Positions 9,259 to 18,807 of a stretch of DNA of 64,000 bases are shown one piece after another. How positions within the stretch are numbered: the stretch's first letter is position 1; each line of letters begins with the position of its first letter. Source of the stretch: a virus (Duplodnaviria; Caudoviricetes); IMG/VR virus record IMGVR_UViG_642973576_000001, positions 4,953 to 68,952 of that record; one strand, 5' to 3'. Position numbers and translations under genes: made by a program. Under the pieces are notes generated by a model that saw only the letters and a program-made list of their open reading frames with translations, did no database searches and was not told the origin of the DNA.

Positions 9259-9613
9259 GGTCCGTATCGATTTTGACCATGCGCAGCTTCACCGGATGCA
9301 GAAGAAAATCCGGAATATGCCACAGCAGGTCAATCAGGATGTTTCGGCAGTTGTCGATTACAACGCGGCCTACGGCCAGGCGCATATGCGCACAAATGCG
9401 CCATGGACCGACCGCACCGGAGCCGCGAGAAGCGGCCTTTTTGCATTGCCCGGCCATTACGGAAAGATGCATGAAATCTTTCTGACATATTCCGTCTATT
9501 ATGGAATCTGGCTGGAAGTTGCGAACTCCGGCAAATACCAAATCCTGCAACCGACGTTGCTCATGCTCGGGCGTAAACTTATGCGTGACGTGGAAGGGAT
9601 TATGGACTCGTGA
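9251..9613 (+). CDS. HK97 gp10-like neck/tail completion protein
   Basis: APWTDRTG.AR and YG..LE motifs. Confidence 0.7.
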   Translation: MARVRIDFDHAQLHRMQKKIRNMPQQVNQDVSAVVDYNAAYGQAHMRTNAPWTDRTGAARSGLFALPGHYGKMHEIFLTYSVYYGIWLEVANSGKYQILQPTLLMLGRKLMRDVEGIMDS

Positions 9614-10077
9614 CTGCCTCAGTTCTGATGGAGCGGCTTAAGGCCGATTCGACTCTTTCCACGACTCTCGAAGTTGCCGGACATGTCTATGATCTGATGG
9701 ATTTGTCCATCAATAGCAAGGGTCGTCCTCGTCATGATGGGCCATTTGTCGTATTCAACTGGCAAGAGTCCACGATCTTTTCCCAGACGTACACCGGAAT
9801 GCGAAACGGAATTCCGAAAGCCCCACGGACGCTTCAGATTTGGGTACATTTTCCGTGGGACATCAGCACCGACTACGACGATCTGAATCGAATTCTGAAT
9901 CGAATCGATCAGATCTTCGCTGGCCTAGAACACCAGACCGGCACCGACGGCCAGAGGGTGACAATGGTACGCACCGCAGGCCGCTCGTCCAATTTGCTGG
10001 ACGAGGGGTACAAGACCATCGCACGACACGCGACATACGGTGTGCTATATGACGAGAATGCACCCGGAATCGGCTAG
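9610..10077 (+). CDS. tail terminator (putative)
   Basis: Size, synteny, PFVVF and LQIWVH strands. Confidence 0.6.
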   Translation: MTASVLMERLKADSTLSTTLEVAGHVYDLMDLSINSKGRPRHDGPFVVFNWQESTIFSQTYTGMRNGIPKAPRTLQIWVHFPWDISTDYDDLNRILNRIDQIFAGLEHQTGTDGQRVTMVRTAGRSSNLLDEGYKTIARHATYGVLYDENAPGIG

Positions 10078-10115
10078 TATTAGGGTCGGATTCCAGAGCG
10101 ATCTAGGAGTAGGAC

Positions 10116-10442
10116 ATGGCACAGCGACCGGCAGGTAGCCCTTCTACCGCAGAGCTGGTGGAGAACACCCCGGACGACCGCGATGTCGCGGAGCGCGCAC
10201 CCGCTCCCAACACCAGCGGCAAGCGAGTTCGGGCCATCCCCACCCACGGCGGGACCGCTGTCAAGGTTTCGCGCCGCGATTTCGAATCGCTCGGTGTCAA
10301 GGGCCAGAGCGACGTGGAGTGGAATTTCCGCAAGGACAAGTTCACCGTCGCCGTCGGCAGCGAAAAGGGCCAGATCTCGGAAGAGGCCGCAAAGGTTCTG
10401 ACCGCGCACGAGCCGACTCGCTTCGAATTCATCACGCAGTAG
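10116..10442 (+). CDS. hypothetical protein
   Basis: RBS AGGAG/AGGA; good codon bias. Confidence 0.7.
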   Translation: MAQRPAGSPSTAELVENTPDDRDVAERAPAPNTSGKRVRAIPTHGGTAVKVSRRDFESLGVKGQSDVEWNFRKDKFTVAVGSEKGQISEEAAKVLTAHEPTRFEFITQ

Positions 10443-10461
10443 CTCACTGGAGGTCGGCGAA

Positions 10462-10677
10462 ATGGCCGATATTCGGTGCAGCAACAAAAAGCATGGTGAA
10501 CTAACTGAACAGGGATCGGGGATTCTCGAAATCATTTGCAATTCGCGATTTTGCAAAGAGTCTCCGAACGAAGTTGTTCGTCACAGATGGAATCTCGGTA
10601 AAAAGAATCCTGACGGGACGATCAAGTTGATCGAAACACGACGGTTCAAAGATCCGACGAAAGGGAACCGAAAATGA
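10462..10677 (+). CDS. small putative Zn-binding protein
   Basis: RBS GGAGG; IRC...KH...LEIIC...FC pattern; ATGA overlap with the major tail gene. Confidence 0.6.
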   Translation: MADIRCSNKKHGELTEQGSGILEIICNSRFCKESPNEVVRHRWNLGKKNPDGTIKLIETRRFKDPTKGNRK

Positions 10678-11522
10678 CCGCTCCGGTCGCAGATGCACTC
10701 CCCTATGGTGTGCGAGACTGCAAGCTCACCGAGTACATCGACGCAGCCGGAAACGTTCTCGGCAACACCAGCGTCGATCTGCCCTACATGCAGACCCTCA
10801 GTTTCTCCGAATCGGAGGAATTCCAAGAGCTGCGAGGCGATGACAAGCTGATCACCACGCGCGGCCAGGGCGCACAGGTCGATTGGGATCTCGAAGCCGG
10901 TGGCATGTCCACGCCGGTTTGGGCGATCCTGACCGGTGGCGACGTGATCGAATCCGGCGTTTCTCCGAACCGCGTGATCGAACTGCGGAAGAAGGCCACG
11001 CAGAGCCGTCCGTTCTTCCGAATCGACGGAAAGATCATTTCTGACTCGGGTGGCGACATCCTCGTTCGCATCTACCGGTGCCGCTGCAACGACACCATCG
11101 ACGCCGATTTCAGCGACGGCGAGTTCATGACGACCGCCGTTTCCGGCGTCGGTCTGCCGCTGCTCGATGACACGAACGATCTGCTCTACTCGATCTTCCG
11201 TCGCGAGACTTCGACGGCGCTCACGCTAACGCCGGAACCGAATCCGGTCCAGTCGCCGCTGAATCTGACGGCGGGCACGGTTGCGACAACTTCGGTTGCG
11301 CTGACGTGGACGCCGGTCGCCGGGGCGACGAAGTACGGCGTCTACTACAAGCTGGACGAAGCAACTTCGTACACCAAGTTCGAGACCGAACCGACCGCCG
11401 CGAACGTGTCGCTGACCGGCCTCACCGCCGACAAGCTCTACAACGTTCACGTGACGGCGTTCGTCAACAGCGTCGAATCCGACCCTTGCCCCGACATCAA
11501 CGTTGAGACCCCGGCGTCGTAA
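10674..11522 (+). CDS. major tail protein with C-terminal fibronectin type III domain
   Basis: Synteny before chaperones and tape measure; FN3 motifs (P.NL...TTSV.LTW, LTGL....YNV.V.A). Confidence 0.85.
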   Translation: MTAPVADALPYGVRDCKLTEYIDAAGNVLGNTSVDLPYMQTLSFSESEEFQELRGDDKLITTRGQGAQVDWDLEAGGMSTPVWAILTGGDVIESGVSPNRVIELRKKATQSRPFFRIDGKIISDSGGDILVRIYRCRCNDTIDADFSDGEFMTTAVSGVGLPLLDDTNDLLYSIFRRETSTALTLTPEPNPVQSPLNLTAGTVATTSVALTWTPVAGATKYGVYYKLDEATSYTKFETEPTAANVSLTGLTADKLYNVHVTAFVNSVESDPCPDINVETPAS

Positions 11523-11529
11523 GTCGCCG

Positions 11530-11575
11530 GTTTCGCCGGATCTCGCATATCCCCCTATGCGGGATCCGGCGAAAC
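11530..11575 (+). terminator. 20-bp stem-loop after the major tail gene (terminator or processing/stability element)
   Basis: GTTTCGCCGGATCTCGCATA / TATGCGGGATCCGGCGAAAC inverted repeat; followed by an A-tract, not a U-tract. Confidence 0.55.
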
Positions 11576-11618
11576 TGTAAAAAAAACAAATCCATTAGGA
11601 CGCCATAGGGAGCGCAGG

Positions 11619-12164
11619 ATGACCGAAATCGATTACTCCAAGTACGAATCCGATGACTGGGGCAGGGACACCGGGCGCAAAGCCCCGTTCGAGTTCACCG
11701 TCCCCTCTGGGAAGACCGTTCTGGTCAAGCGGCTGGAAATGACTGACATCCTCAAGTTGGGGATGATCGATGATCTCGATTTCATGGCGAAAGCCCTCGT
11801 CGCCGGAGACCCGAAAATGGGCGAGGCGCAGAAAAAGTCGGACACCGAAGAGGACGACGAAGACGCCGGTCTGATGGGCGTTCTCAAGCGGATGGGTTCC
11901 GGCGAGAATTTCGACAAGTTGGAGCGCCTGGTCAACGGCGTCGTCTTGTCCGGTGTCGTGGCACCGAAACTCTACGCGATTCCTCGCGACGACAACGCGC
12001 GACAGAAGGGCTTGCGCTACATCGATTCCGTCGATTTCGTGGACCGGATGGCCCTGTTCGGCGTGATTTTCGATTCGGACGGTCTGTCCACGTTTCGCGA
12101 AGAATCGGAGCCTAGTGTGGCAGACCTACCAGATGGCGACGGCGTACCACAGCCTGCCGAGTGA
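11619..12164 (+). CDS. tail assembly chaperone (gpG-like)
   Basis: Between the major tail and tape measure genes. Confidence 0.8.
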   Translation: MTEIDYSKYESDDWGRDTGRKAPFEFTVPSGKTVLVKRLEMTDILKLGMIDDLDFMAKALVAGDPKMGEAQKKSDTEEDDEDAGLMGVLKRMGSGENFDKLERLVNGVVLSGVVAPKLYAIPRDDNARQKGLRYIDSVDFVDRMALFGVIFDSDGLSTFREESEPSVADLPDGDGVPQPAE

Positions 12165-12465
12165 CATTTGGGGCTTCGATGCGAACACACCAAAAGGCTA
12201 TTACCTCAATCGCGGTGTGTTTCTCTTTGGCCGCATGCTTGAGTCGAAAATGGCAGAGGCAGAAAAGCAGGCGCGCAAAAATCGCAAGGGAGTTGCAGCT
12301 GACCGTCTTGCCAACGGCGCTCGCATCGGAATACTTCAAAAATATCTCGGCGCAGAAATCCAGCGCTTCCGCGATCCTGCAAAGCAAAAGGGTGCGATAA
12401 AGGGCGACCCCCAAAAACCGGACACATCGAAAACTCAAGATGAAGTGATTCGTTGGAAGATATGA
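12094..12465 (+). CDS. tail assembly chaperone extension (gpT-like), +1 frame
   Basis: Overlapping +1 frame open from 12067; candidate slip site TTT CGC at 12093-12098; alternative GTG start at 12115. Confidence 0.7.
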   Translation, partial: FAKNRSLVWQTYQMATAYHSLPSDIWGFDANTPKGYYLNRGVFLFGRMLESKMAEAEKQARKNRKGVAADRLANGARIGILQKYLGAEIQRFRDPAKQKGAIKGDPQKPDTSKTQDEVIRWKI

Positions 12466-12483
12466 CCGGAAAGGGCATGAGCC

Positions 12484-15400
12484 GTGACTTCGCCTGGTTC
12501 GCCGAACTATGATCTCGGTACTGCCCACGGTCGTATCAAACTGGACGTGGATGATCGTGGCACAAAAGCCGCAGATCGCGCACTAACTCAGTTCACTCGC
12601 TCAATCAAAAGCCTCGAACGACAGTTCGTGGCGTTCAACGCCTCTTTGAACAAAATTGAGCGTGAAGTTAAGAATCTGGGCCGGGACTTCAACCGGACCG
12701 AACGTGACGCCAAGAGCTTCGAACGGGCGACCGACGACGTAGACGCGGCACAGGTCAACGCCAGTCGCAGCACGTCGGGCTGGCGTGCGCAGTTGCGCAG
12801 CTTGGCGTCCACCATGGGAACCGCGCACGATCTGATCCGGCGCGCGGCGAAGTCTACGACCGATTTCGGTCACGCGATGAACCTCTCCGGGGGCGAAGTT
12901 CACAAGGGCCGACGCGAAGTTGACGTTCTCAATGTTCGTCTGCGTGATCTGATTCGGCGATTGCACCAAGCGTCAAATGCGGCTAACGATTTCGGCGGCG
13001 TAATCGCCAACGCATTTGCACTTTGGTCGCGCTGGGGTAACAACAACGACGGATTCAACGGGTTTGTCCGTTCGTTCCGAAACCTGCCGGTTGCTGCCGG
13101 AGCGGTTGGCCTTCTGAGTTCTCGCTTTCTCGGTCTGAACAAGGCCATGAAAGATGTGCCGCGATGGCAGAAGTCGATTCTTAGCCTTGTCGGGGCGTTT
13201 CAGGGCGCAGCGCTGGCGTCTAAACTCTTCGATCTGTCGCTGAACAAGCTTTTCAAGCGGGATCTCAATTTTCTCAGAAGGGGCGCTTCGTGGGTTTCTG
13301 AGTTTGCGTTCCACGTAACCCGTGCGATTGCCCCCAGCAACAAGCTCGGAGAGCAAATCCGTCGGTTGAATTCGGGATTCCGTGGTCTTGGGGGCGGCGC
13401 TGCCGGGGCAATCGCTGGCCTGGCCCTTTTCCGGCAAGGCTTGAAGGGTCTCTCTGATCGATTTGGGTTCATCACCAAAATTCGACCAGCCATTCTTCTG
13501 GCCATTGGTGGCGCAGCGTCGGTTGCTGCCGCTTCGGTCGAATTGCTCGGCAAGGCTTTGGTCTGGACCTCGAACATTCTGTCCGGAATGTGGAATGGCA
13601 TCAAGCAGCTCTCTGGCGGGTTGCTCGCCCTGCCAGGTTTGATCGGAACCGTCGTTACCGGAGTTGGTGTGTTGGCAACGGCATTCTCCGGTTTGAAGTC
13701 CATGTTCGAAGACGTTTTCAAGAACCTGGATGATCCTGAGAAATTCGCCGAAGCACTCGCTAAGGTGCCACCCCAATTCCGCGGTTTGGCGTTGACCCTC
13801 GTAGATGTTACGAAGATGCTGAAGGGTCTTCGCGAGGAAATCACGGGGACGTTTGCGCAGGGTCTCGAAAAAGACGTCAAAACGCTTGCCCAGCAATTCG
13901 CCGGTCCGCTTCGTCACGGCACGCTGGTGGTTTCGCAGGCGTTCGTGGACACGCGCTCCAAGCTCATGGACCTGCTCACTTCGCAGGATTCCGTGCAGGA
14001 CTTCGGACGCGCATTCACCTACACGTCGGGCACGATCCGCAACCTGAACAAGGCGATTGTTCCGCTCGGAAGCGGACTTCGCGATATCGCTATCGTCGGC
14101 ATGGAGTTCATCCGCGACCTTAGCGCCGGAGCCGAGAGTGTCACAAAGCGGTTCGCCGAGTGGGCGAAGGTAAACCGCGAAAACGGCAATCTCATGCGGT
14201 GGATGAAAGACGCCGTAGAGGGCGTCAAAGATCTTACACGCGGACTGGTGGATCTCACCAAGGCGCTGTGGACGATCCTCACCGCATTCGCAGATCGCAG
14301 CGGAGACAATGCGCTGGATCGATTTGCGAAATCGATGGAGAAGTTCAACGCTGCCGTCGAGAAGAGCGCGGCAACGGGATGGCTTCGCGAATTCGCCGAC
14401 GGCGTGCGCGCTCTCGGAACCGACAAGATTGAACGCCTGACCGATATTCTCAAGGACGTTTGGGAAACGCTCAAGGTCATTATCCCGGTCGTTCAGCAGG
14501 TTTCGTCGGCGTTCTCTGACGTATTTGTTCCGGCGTTCAAGTTGGCGCTGGAAATCGTGGAGCAGTTCTTCAATTTCCTCGATGGTCTGGGTCTGACCAC
14601 CTACATCGGATGGATTCTCGGGCTGGCAGCCGGATTCAAACTTTTGGCCGCAGTTATCGGGCCGCTGCGAAACCTGATTCAGATCATTTCTGGTGTTGGT
14701 CTCGCATTCGCCAGTTTCAAAAAGCTTGCCGGTGGCGCGGTTGACATTCTGTACTACTTCGGAGCAGCCGGTCGCAAGACTCACGGCGTCATGTCCAAAC
14801 TTGGCAGCGCAATTGCCGGTGTAGCTGGACCGTTGGGCATTTTGGTCGGTTCTTTGGCGTTCATGGCGTCGGCATTTGCCGCGCGTCGGCAGGATATCGC
14901 CAAATTCAACGATACGCTCGCAGAGGCAAAGCAGCAGGCGCAAGACTTCAAGGGCGCTCTTAACGAGGCGTTTCGTGAAGATCTTGGAATCACCGGAAAA
15001 ACCGTTCTCGACACCATCGCTGGTCGAACCGGTGAGGCCATCGCGAATATTAAGTCGCAGGCCGAACAGGTTCCGGGAGTTATCGAAAACATCCGCGACC
15101 TGTGGTTCGGCGGCGGTGGACAGAACGAAGCGTTCGGCGCTGGTCGCGGACCGTTCTCTTGGGCGCAGTCCAACGAATTCAACGCGATGCAAAAGGCGGC
15201 GCAAGACGCCGAACACGCAAAAGTCGCGTTCGACCGGCTCGGATTGAGCAACGAAGACCTTGCCGGAATCGTTGCCGGGTCTAAGCAGCGGTTTGACGAG
15301 TTCAATCAAAGTCTGCGAAACAGCGGCGAAGGCGGAAACGAAGCCGCAGCCGTTTTGCAGCAGATCCGCGAAGAATACGCGCAGACGCAGGCTGAATTCG

Positions 15401-18400
15401 AAAAGGCCGGAACGGGCAGCATTCAGCTCGTGCAGGGCATTCAGGCGATTGCCGATGCAGCCGGAGACTCACGAACCAAACTCGACGGTCTGAAGCTTGC
15501 GCTGCAAGGTCTGGGTCTGTTGCAGACCTCGCAGCTTGACGCGGCCTTCGCCTACGCCAAGACCATCCGCGAAATCGGCAACAGTGCGGCAACTCTGGTC
15601 GATTCGACGCAACCGCTCAACGACATTCTCAACGAACAGACCGGCCTCTACAACACGAACTCCGTCAACGCGGAAAATCTGCGCAACGCCATCGCAAGCC
15701 TTGCCAGCGATTTCCTGAATGCCGCTGCCAACGGCGAAAGCGTTCAGCAGAAGTGGCAGGAAATGCAACCGGCGCTCGAATCGCTGGCGACGGCATTCCA
15801 GATTCCCATCGAAAAGGTCCGAGAGCTGGCCGCTCTCGAAGGCGCGGTACCTGATGTTGTGTCGATTCTGGTCAACGTCAAGGGCGGCGACAAGATCGGC
15901 GAACAGCTTGCTGCGATTGTCGCCAAACTCGAAACGACCGCGCAGGGGCAGGAAATCACTGTTCCCATCGTTCCCGGCGTGGATCAGGAAAAGCTTCGCC
16001 AGGCGATCACCGAGAAATTCGGAAACGTCATTGGCAGCATGTCCGAAGACACCATCACCATCAAGCCCGGTGTCGATCCGGCGGCTTTGGCCGAACTCAA
16101 AGCAACGTTGTCCCAGAACGGAATCGCGCTTCCGGGCAGCGGACCCGCCAAGCCGGTTGAGCTGCCCGTGGCTCCGGCCAAGCCGGGGCCGAAGCCTGCT
16201 TACGAACCTCCCCCTGAAATCGCTCCGAGCGCTGAGGATCAGGCGAAGGTGGACGAGGCGAAAAACAAAATCGCCGAACTCGAAGCGCAGGTTACACAGC
16301 TCAATGAGCAAAAGGTTCAGGTTCAGGTTGATACCGGAACGCTGGACGAGATCAAGTCGCGAATTGAAGAGGTTCGCAACGTTGTCGCTGACGGCAAGTT
16401 GGAATTCACCATCATTGCCAAGGGTTACGACGAGACGAATTACGTCCTCAACACGGTAATCGAGACAATCGGTCGCCTGATCAGCGAAGCCGAAAAGATC
16501 GCACCGGCCTTCCAGAGGGCTTTTTCCACAACGCCAATTGACGGCTTTTCGTCGCGCATGCAGCAGCTCGTTTCGGAGATGCGCGGATACGGCCAAAAGC
16601 TCGTTTCCGAACTCGCCCAAGGCATGCTGGATAGCAAGGGCGCAATTGACGAGGCCGGAAATACCATCGCGCAGGCGGTGCAGGACTACCTCCAACCGGG
16701 GTCGCCCACGAAGAAGGGTCCGCTGTCCGGATCGGGGTGGACCTATACCTCGGGTGGTCGCCTTATCAAGGACTTCGCCTCCGGTATGGAGGGCGAGGCA
16801 GGTACCGCAGGCGGCGCAGCAGGCGCGGTCGCGAGCGCGACGGGTCAAGCCCTACAGGGGCCTTATGACTTCGGCAAATTTTTGGGCCGTTTGCAACAAC
16901 TGGTCGCTTTTGGTGAACATTTGGTGGACGTTATCGGGCGAGCCGCCGATACCGTTTTTAACGCGATCAAATTTATCTCCGATCCACAGGGAAAGGGCAC
17001 CTTTTTCGGCAAATCTTCGGCGTCAGCCTTCGGATTCCGTCGAGATCCGAATGTCACCGACGACGATCTTCGCCGAAAGCGTGAGGACGAGCTGCAAAAC
17101 CGACTGTCCAGTGCTGCCGCGCAAGGAACGCGCGAAGGCGCAGAGGCCGGTCTGTCGGATCTGCCCGGACTCGAAGCGCTTGAGGGAGTCGCCAACCCGA
17201 ACGTTGACGAAATCACCGCAGCGGTCATTGGCGAAGGTTTGAGGCAGGGCGCAACGCGCGAAGCGATCATCAAGTCGCTTCCGGCAGAAGTTGCCAAGTT
17301 CGGCAAGGAGTTTGAGGGCAATGCCGGAGAAACGTTCGATGAGATCGTTTCGTCGCTGACGAGTCCGCGCAGCCGTGGCGGGTATGGCAGCGGCGGCTAC
17401 GTCAGCGACGCTGCACTACTCGCCAACGTTCCCGTTGGCCGATACTCGCAACAGGGAAACGCCGATCTGACAAAAGGTCTCGCCGATTGCTCTTCGGCGG
17501 TCGAAGACCTCGTGAACATCATGGACGGTCGCGGAACTGGGGGCCGTTCGCTCAACACCGGAAACGCTGCGCAGTGGCTGCTTGAACGCGGATTCGTGCG
17601 CGGCGAGGGTGGTCCGGGCGATTTCCGTGTGGCCTTCAACGTGAGCCACATGCAGGCCACGCTTCCCGGTGGCACACCGTTTAACTGGGGCAGTGACGCT
17701 GCCGCGCGCCGTCGCGGAATCGGCGGTACCGGCGCTGACGATCCGTCGCTGACGAGCCGGTGGTATCGACCGGTGACCTCGGCGCACGGATCGCAGGGCA
17801 ACGGTCTTGGCCCGGATCTGTCCGAACTCACTCCCGACGAACTTGATCTTCTGAACAGAACGCAGGGGCTTTCGCTCAAGACCGAAGAGGATATGCTCTT
17901 CGAACTGCGCCGGAACAACGCTGCGCTGGACGAAGCAATTACGGTCGGTCAAGACCCGAATTCCACTGACGCACAAGTGATTCAGTCGCTGGCTGAAATT
18001 CAGCGATCCATCGATTCGTCGGCGGCAATCGATACCCCGGCGATGCGCCAGCAGACGCAATCGCTGGAATCGATCAAGTCGGCCATCATGGGCGACCGGG
18101 GAATCACCGAAGGCGTGAACCCGATTGACGCAGCGTCGTCCATCGCGCAGGGTGCAACGTCGATTGCGAAAGACATTTTCGGCGTTATCAATTCTACGCT
18201 TGACGCTATCGGGGGAGCAAAGGCCATCGCCGACACGCTCGTTCGCGGCGTCGAAAACACCGAAGACATCTACAACATGGTGGATGAATTCCAGAAATTC
18301 ATCGATCTTGCTGCGCGCGTGGCCGGTGCGGTGTCGTCGGTGACCGGCACTATCGGTGGCATCGTCAGTGCCGCAGGCGGTGCAGACCCATCCGGTGGCG

Positions 18401-18807
18401 CAAGTGGCGCAGCCAGTGCGCTGCAAGGCATTTCGGCGATTTCGGGTATCATTTCCGGCGCGCTGGATACGGTCAACGGAATCATCGATCTTGCTCAAGA
18501 GGCATATCGGATCTGGGGAACGTACTTCGGCGAATTCCTCGGATTTTTGGCCGGTGCCGGATCGCAGCTTGAGGGGAACGTCAAATTCCTGCTTGACGAA
18601 AACGACAAGACGCTCAAGGCGTACAGTCAGGACAATCCGCTGGATAAGCGAGAGCACACGTTGCCCTTCCAGCAGCGGACCGAGCAGCAGCCCGCCATCG
18701 GCGAATTGAACGTCTTCCCCGAGCGTGGCGCAGACCCCGCAGAGCTGACTCGTACGATGATGTTTGCAGTGAAGACCGCCAGCATGGGAGCGAGTAATCA
18801 GCAATGA
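12484..18807 (+). CDS. tape measure protein
   Basis: 2107 aa, Ala/Gly-rich helical; N-terminal YDLGTAHGRI motif; PGSP.KKGPLS motif. Confidence 0.95.
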   Translation: MTSPGSPNYDLGTAHGRIKLDVDDRGTKAADRALTQFTRSIKSLERQFVAFNASLNKIEREVKNLGRDFNRTERDAKSFERATDDVDAAQVNASRSTSGWRAQLRSLASTMGTAHDLIRRAAKSTTDFGHAMNLSGGEVHKGRREVDVLNVRLRDLIRRLHQASNAANDFGGVIANAFALWSRWGNNNDGFNGFVRSFRNLPVAAGAVGLLSSRFLGLNKAMKDVPRWQKSILSLVGAFQGAALASKLFDLSLNKLFKRDLNFLRRGASWVSEFAFHVTRAIAPSNKLGEQIRRLNSGFRGLGGGAAGAIAGLALFRQGLKGLSDRFGFITKIRPAILLAIGGAASVAAASVELLGKALVWTSNILSGMWNGIKQLSGGLLALPGLIGTVVTGVGVLATAFSGLKSMFEDVFKNLDDPEKFAEALAKVPPQFRGLALTLVDVTKMLKGLREEITGTFAQGLEKDVKTLAQQFAGPLRHGTLVVSQAFVDTRSKLMDLLTSQDSVQDFGRAFTYTSGTIRNLNKAIVPLGSGLRDIAIVGMEFIRDLSAGAESVTKRFAEWAKVNRENGNLMRWMKDAVEGVKDLTRGLVDLTKALWTILTAFADRSGDNALDRFAKSMEKFNAAVEKSAATGWLREFADGVRALGTDKIERLTDILKDVWETLKVIIPVVQQVSSAFSDVFVPAFKLALEIVEQFFNFLDGLGLTTYIGWILGLAAGFKLLAAVIGPLRNLIQIISGVGLAFASFKKLAGGAVDILYYFGAAGRKTHGVMSKLGSAIAGVAGPLGILVGSLAFMASAFAARRQDIAKFNDTLAEAKQQAQDFKGALNEAFREDLGITGKTVLDTIAGRTGEAIANIKSQAEQVPGVIENIRDLWFGGGGQNEAFGAGRGPFSWAQSNEFNAMQKAAQDAEHAKVAFDRLGLSNEDLAGIVAGSKQRFDEFNQSLRNSGEGGNEAAAVLQQIREEYAQTQAEFEKAGTGSIQLVQGIQAIADAAGDSRTKLDGLKLALQGLGLLQTSQLDAAFAYAKTIREIGNSAATLVDSTQPLNDILNEQTGLYNTNSVNAENLRNAIASLASDFLNAAANGESVQQKWQEMQPALESLATAFQIPIEKVRELAALEGAVPDVVSILVNVKGGDKIGEQLAAIVAKLETTAQGQEITVPIVPGVDQEKLRQAITEKFGNVIGSMSEDTITIKPGVDPAALAELKATLSQNGIALPGSGPAKPVELPVAPAKPGPKPAYEPPPEIAPSAEDQAKVDEAKNKIAELEAQVTQLNEQKVQVQVDTGTLDEIKSRIEEVRNVVADGKLEFTIIAKGYDETNYVLNTVIETIGRLISEAEKIAPAFQRAFSTTPIDGFSSRMQQLVSEMRGYGQKLVSELAQGMLDSKGAIDEAGNTIAQAVQDYLQPGSPTKKGPLSGSGWTYTSGGRLIKDFASGMEGEAGTAGGAAGAVASATGQALQGPYDFGKFLGRLQQLVAFGEHLVDVIGRAADTVFNAIKFISDPQGKGTFFGKSSASAFGFRRDPNVTDDDLRRKREDELQNRLSSAAAQGTREGAEAGLSDLPGLEALEGVANPNVDEITAAVIGEGLRQGATREAIIKSLPAEVAKFGKEFEGNAGETFDEIVSSLTSPRSRGGYGSGGYVSDAALLANVPVGRYSQQGNADLTKGLADCSSAVEDLVNIMDGRGTGGRSLNTGNAAQWLLERGFVRGEGGPGDFRVAFNVSHMQATLPGGTPFNWGSDAAARRRGIGGTGADDPSLTSRWYRPVTSAHGSQGNGLGPDLSELTPDELDLLNRTQGLSLKTEEDMLFELRRNNAALDEAITVGQDPNSTDAQVIQSLAEIQRSIDSSAAIDTPAMRQQTQSLESIKSAIMGDRGITEGVNPIDAASSIAQGATSIAKDIFGVINSTLDAIGGAKAIADTLVRGVENTEDIYNMVDEFQKFIDLAARVAGAVSSVTGTIGGIVSAAGGADPSGGASGAASALQGISAISGIISGALDTVNGIIDLAQEAYRIWGTYFGEFLGFLAGAGSQLEGNVKFLLDENDKTLKAYSQDNPLDKREHTLPFQQRTEQQPAIGELNVFPERGADPAELTRTMMFAVKTASMGASNQQ

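Noticed and set aside
6384-18804. Long minus-strand ORFs (6384..8540, 12973..15309, 15469..16848, 17416..18804)
   Set aside because: Antisense shadows of high-GC3 structural genes, with no recognisable motifs.
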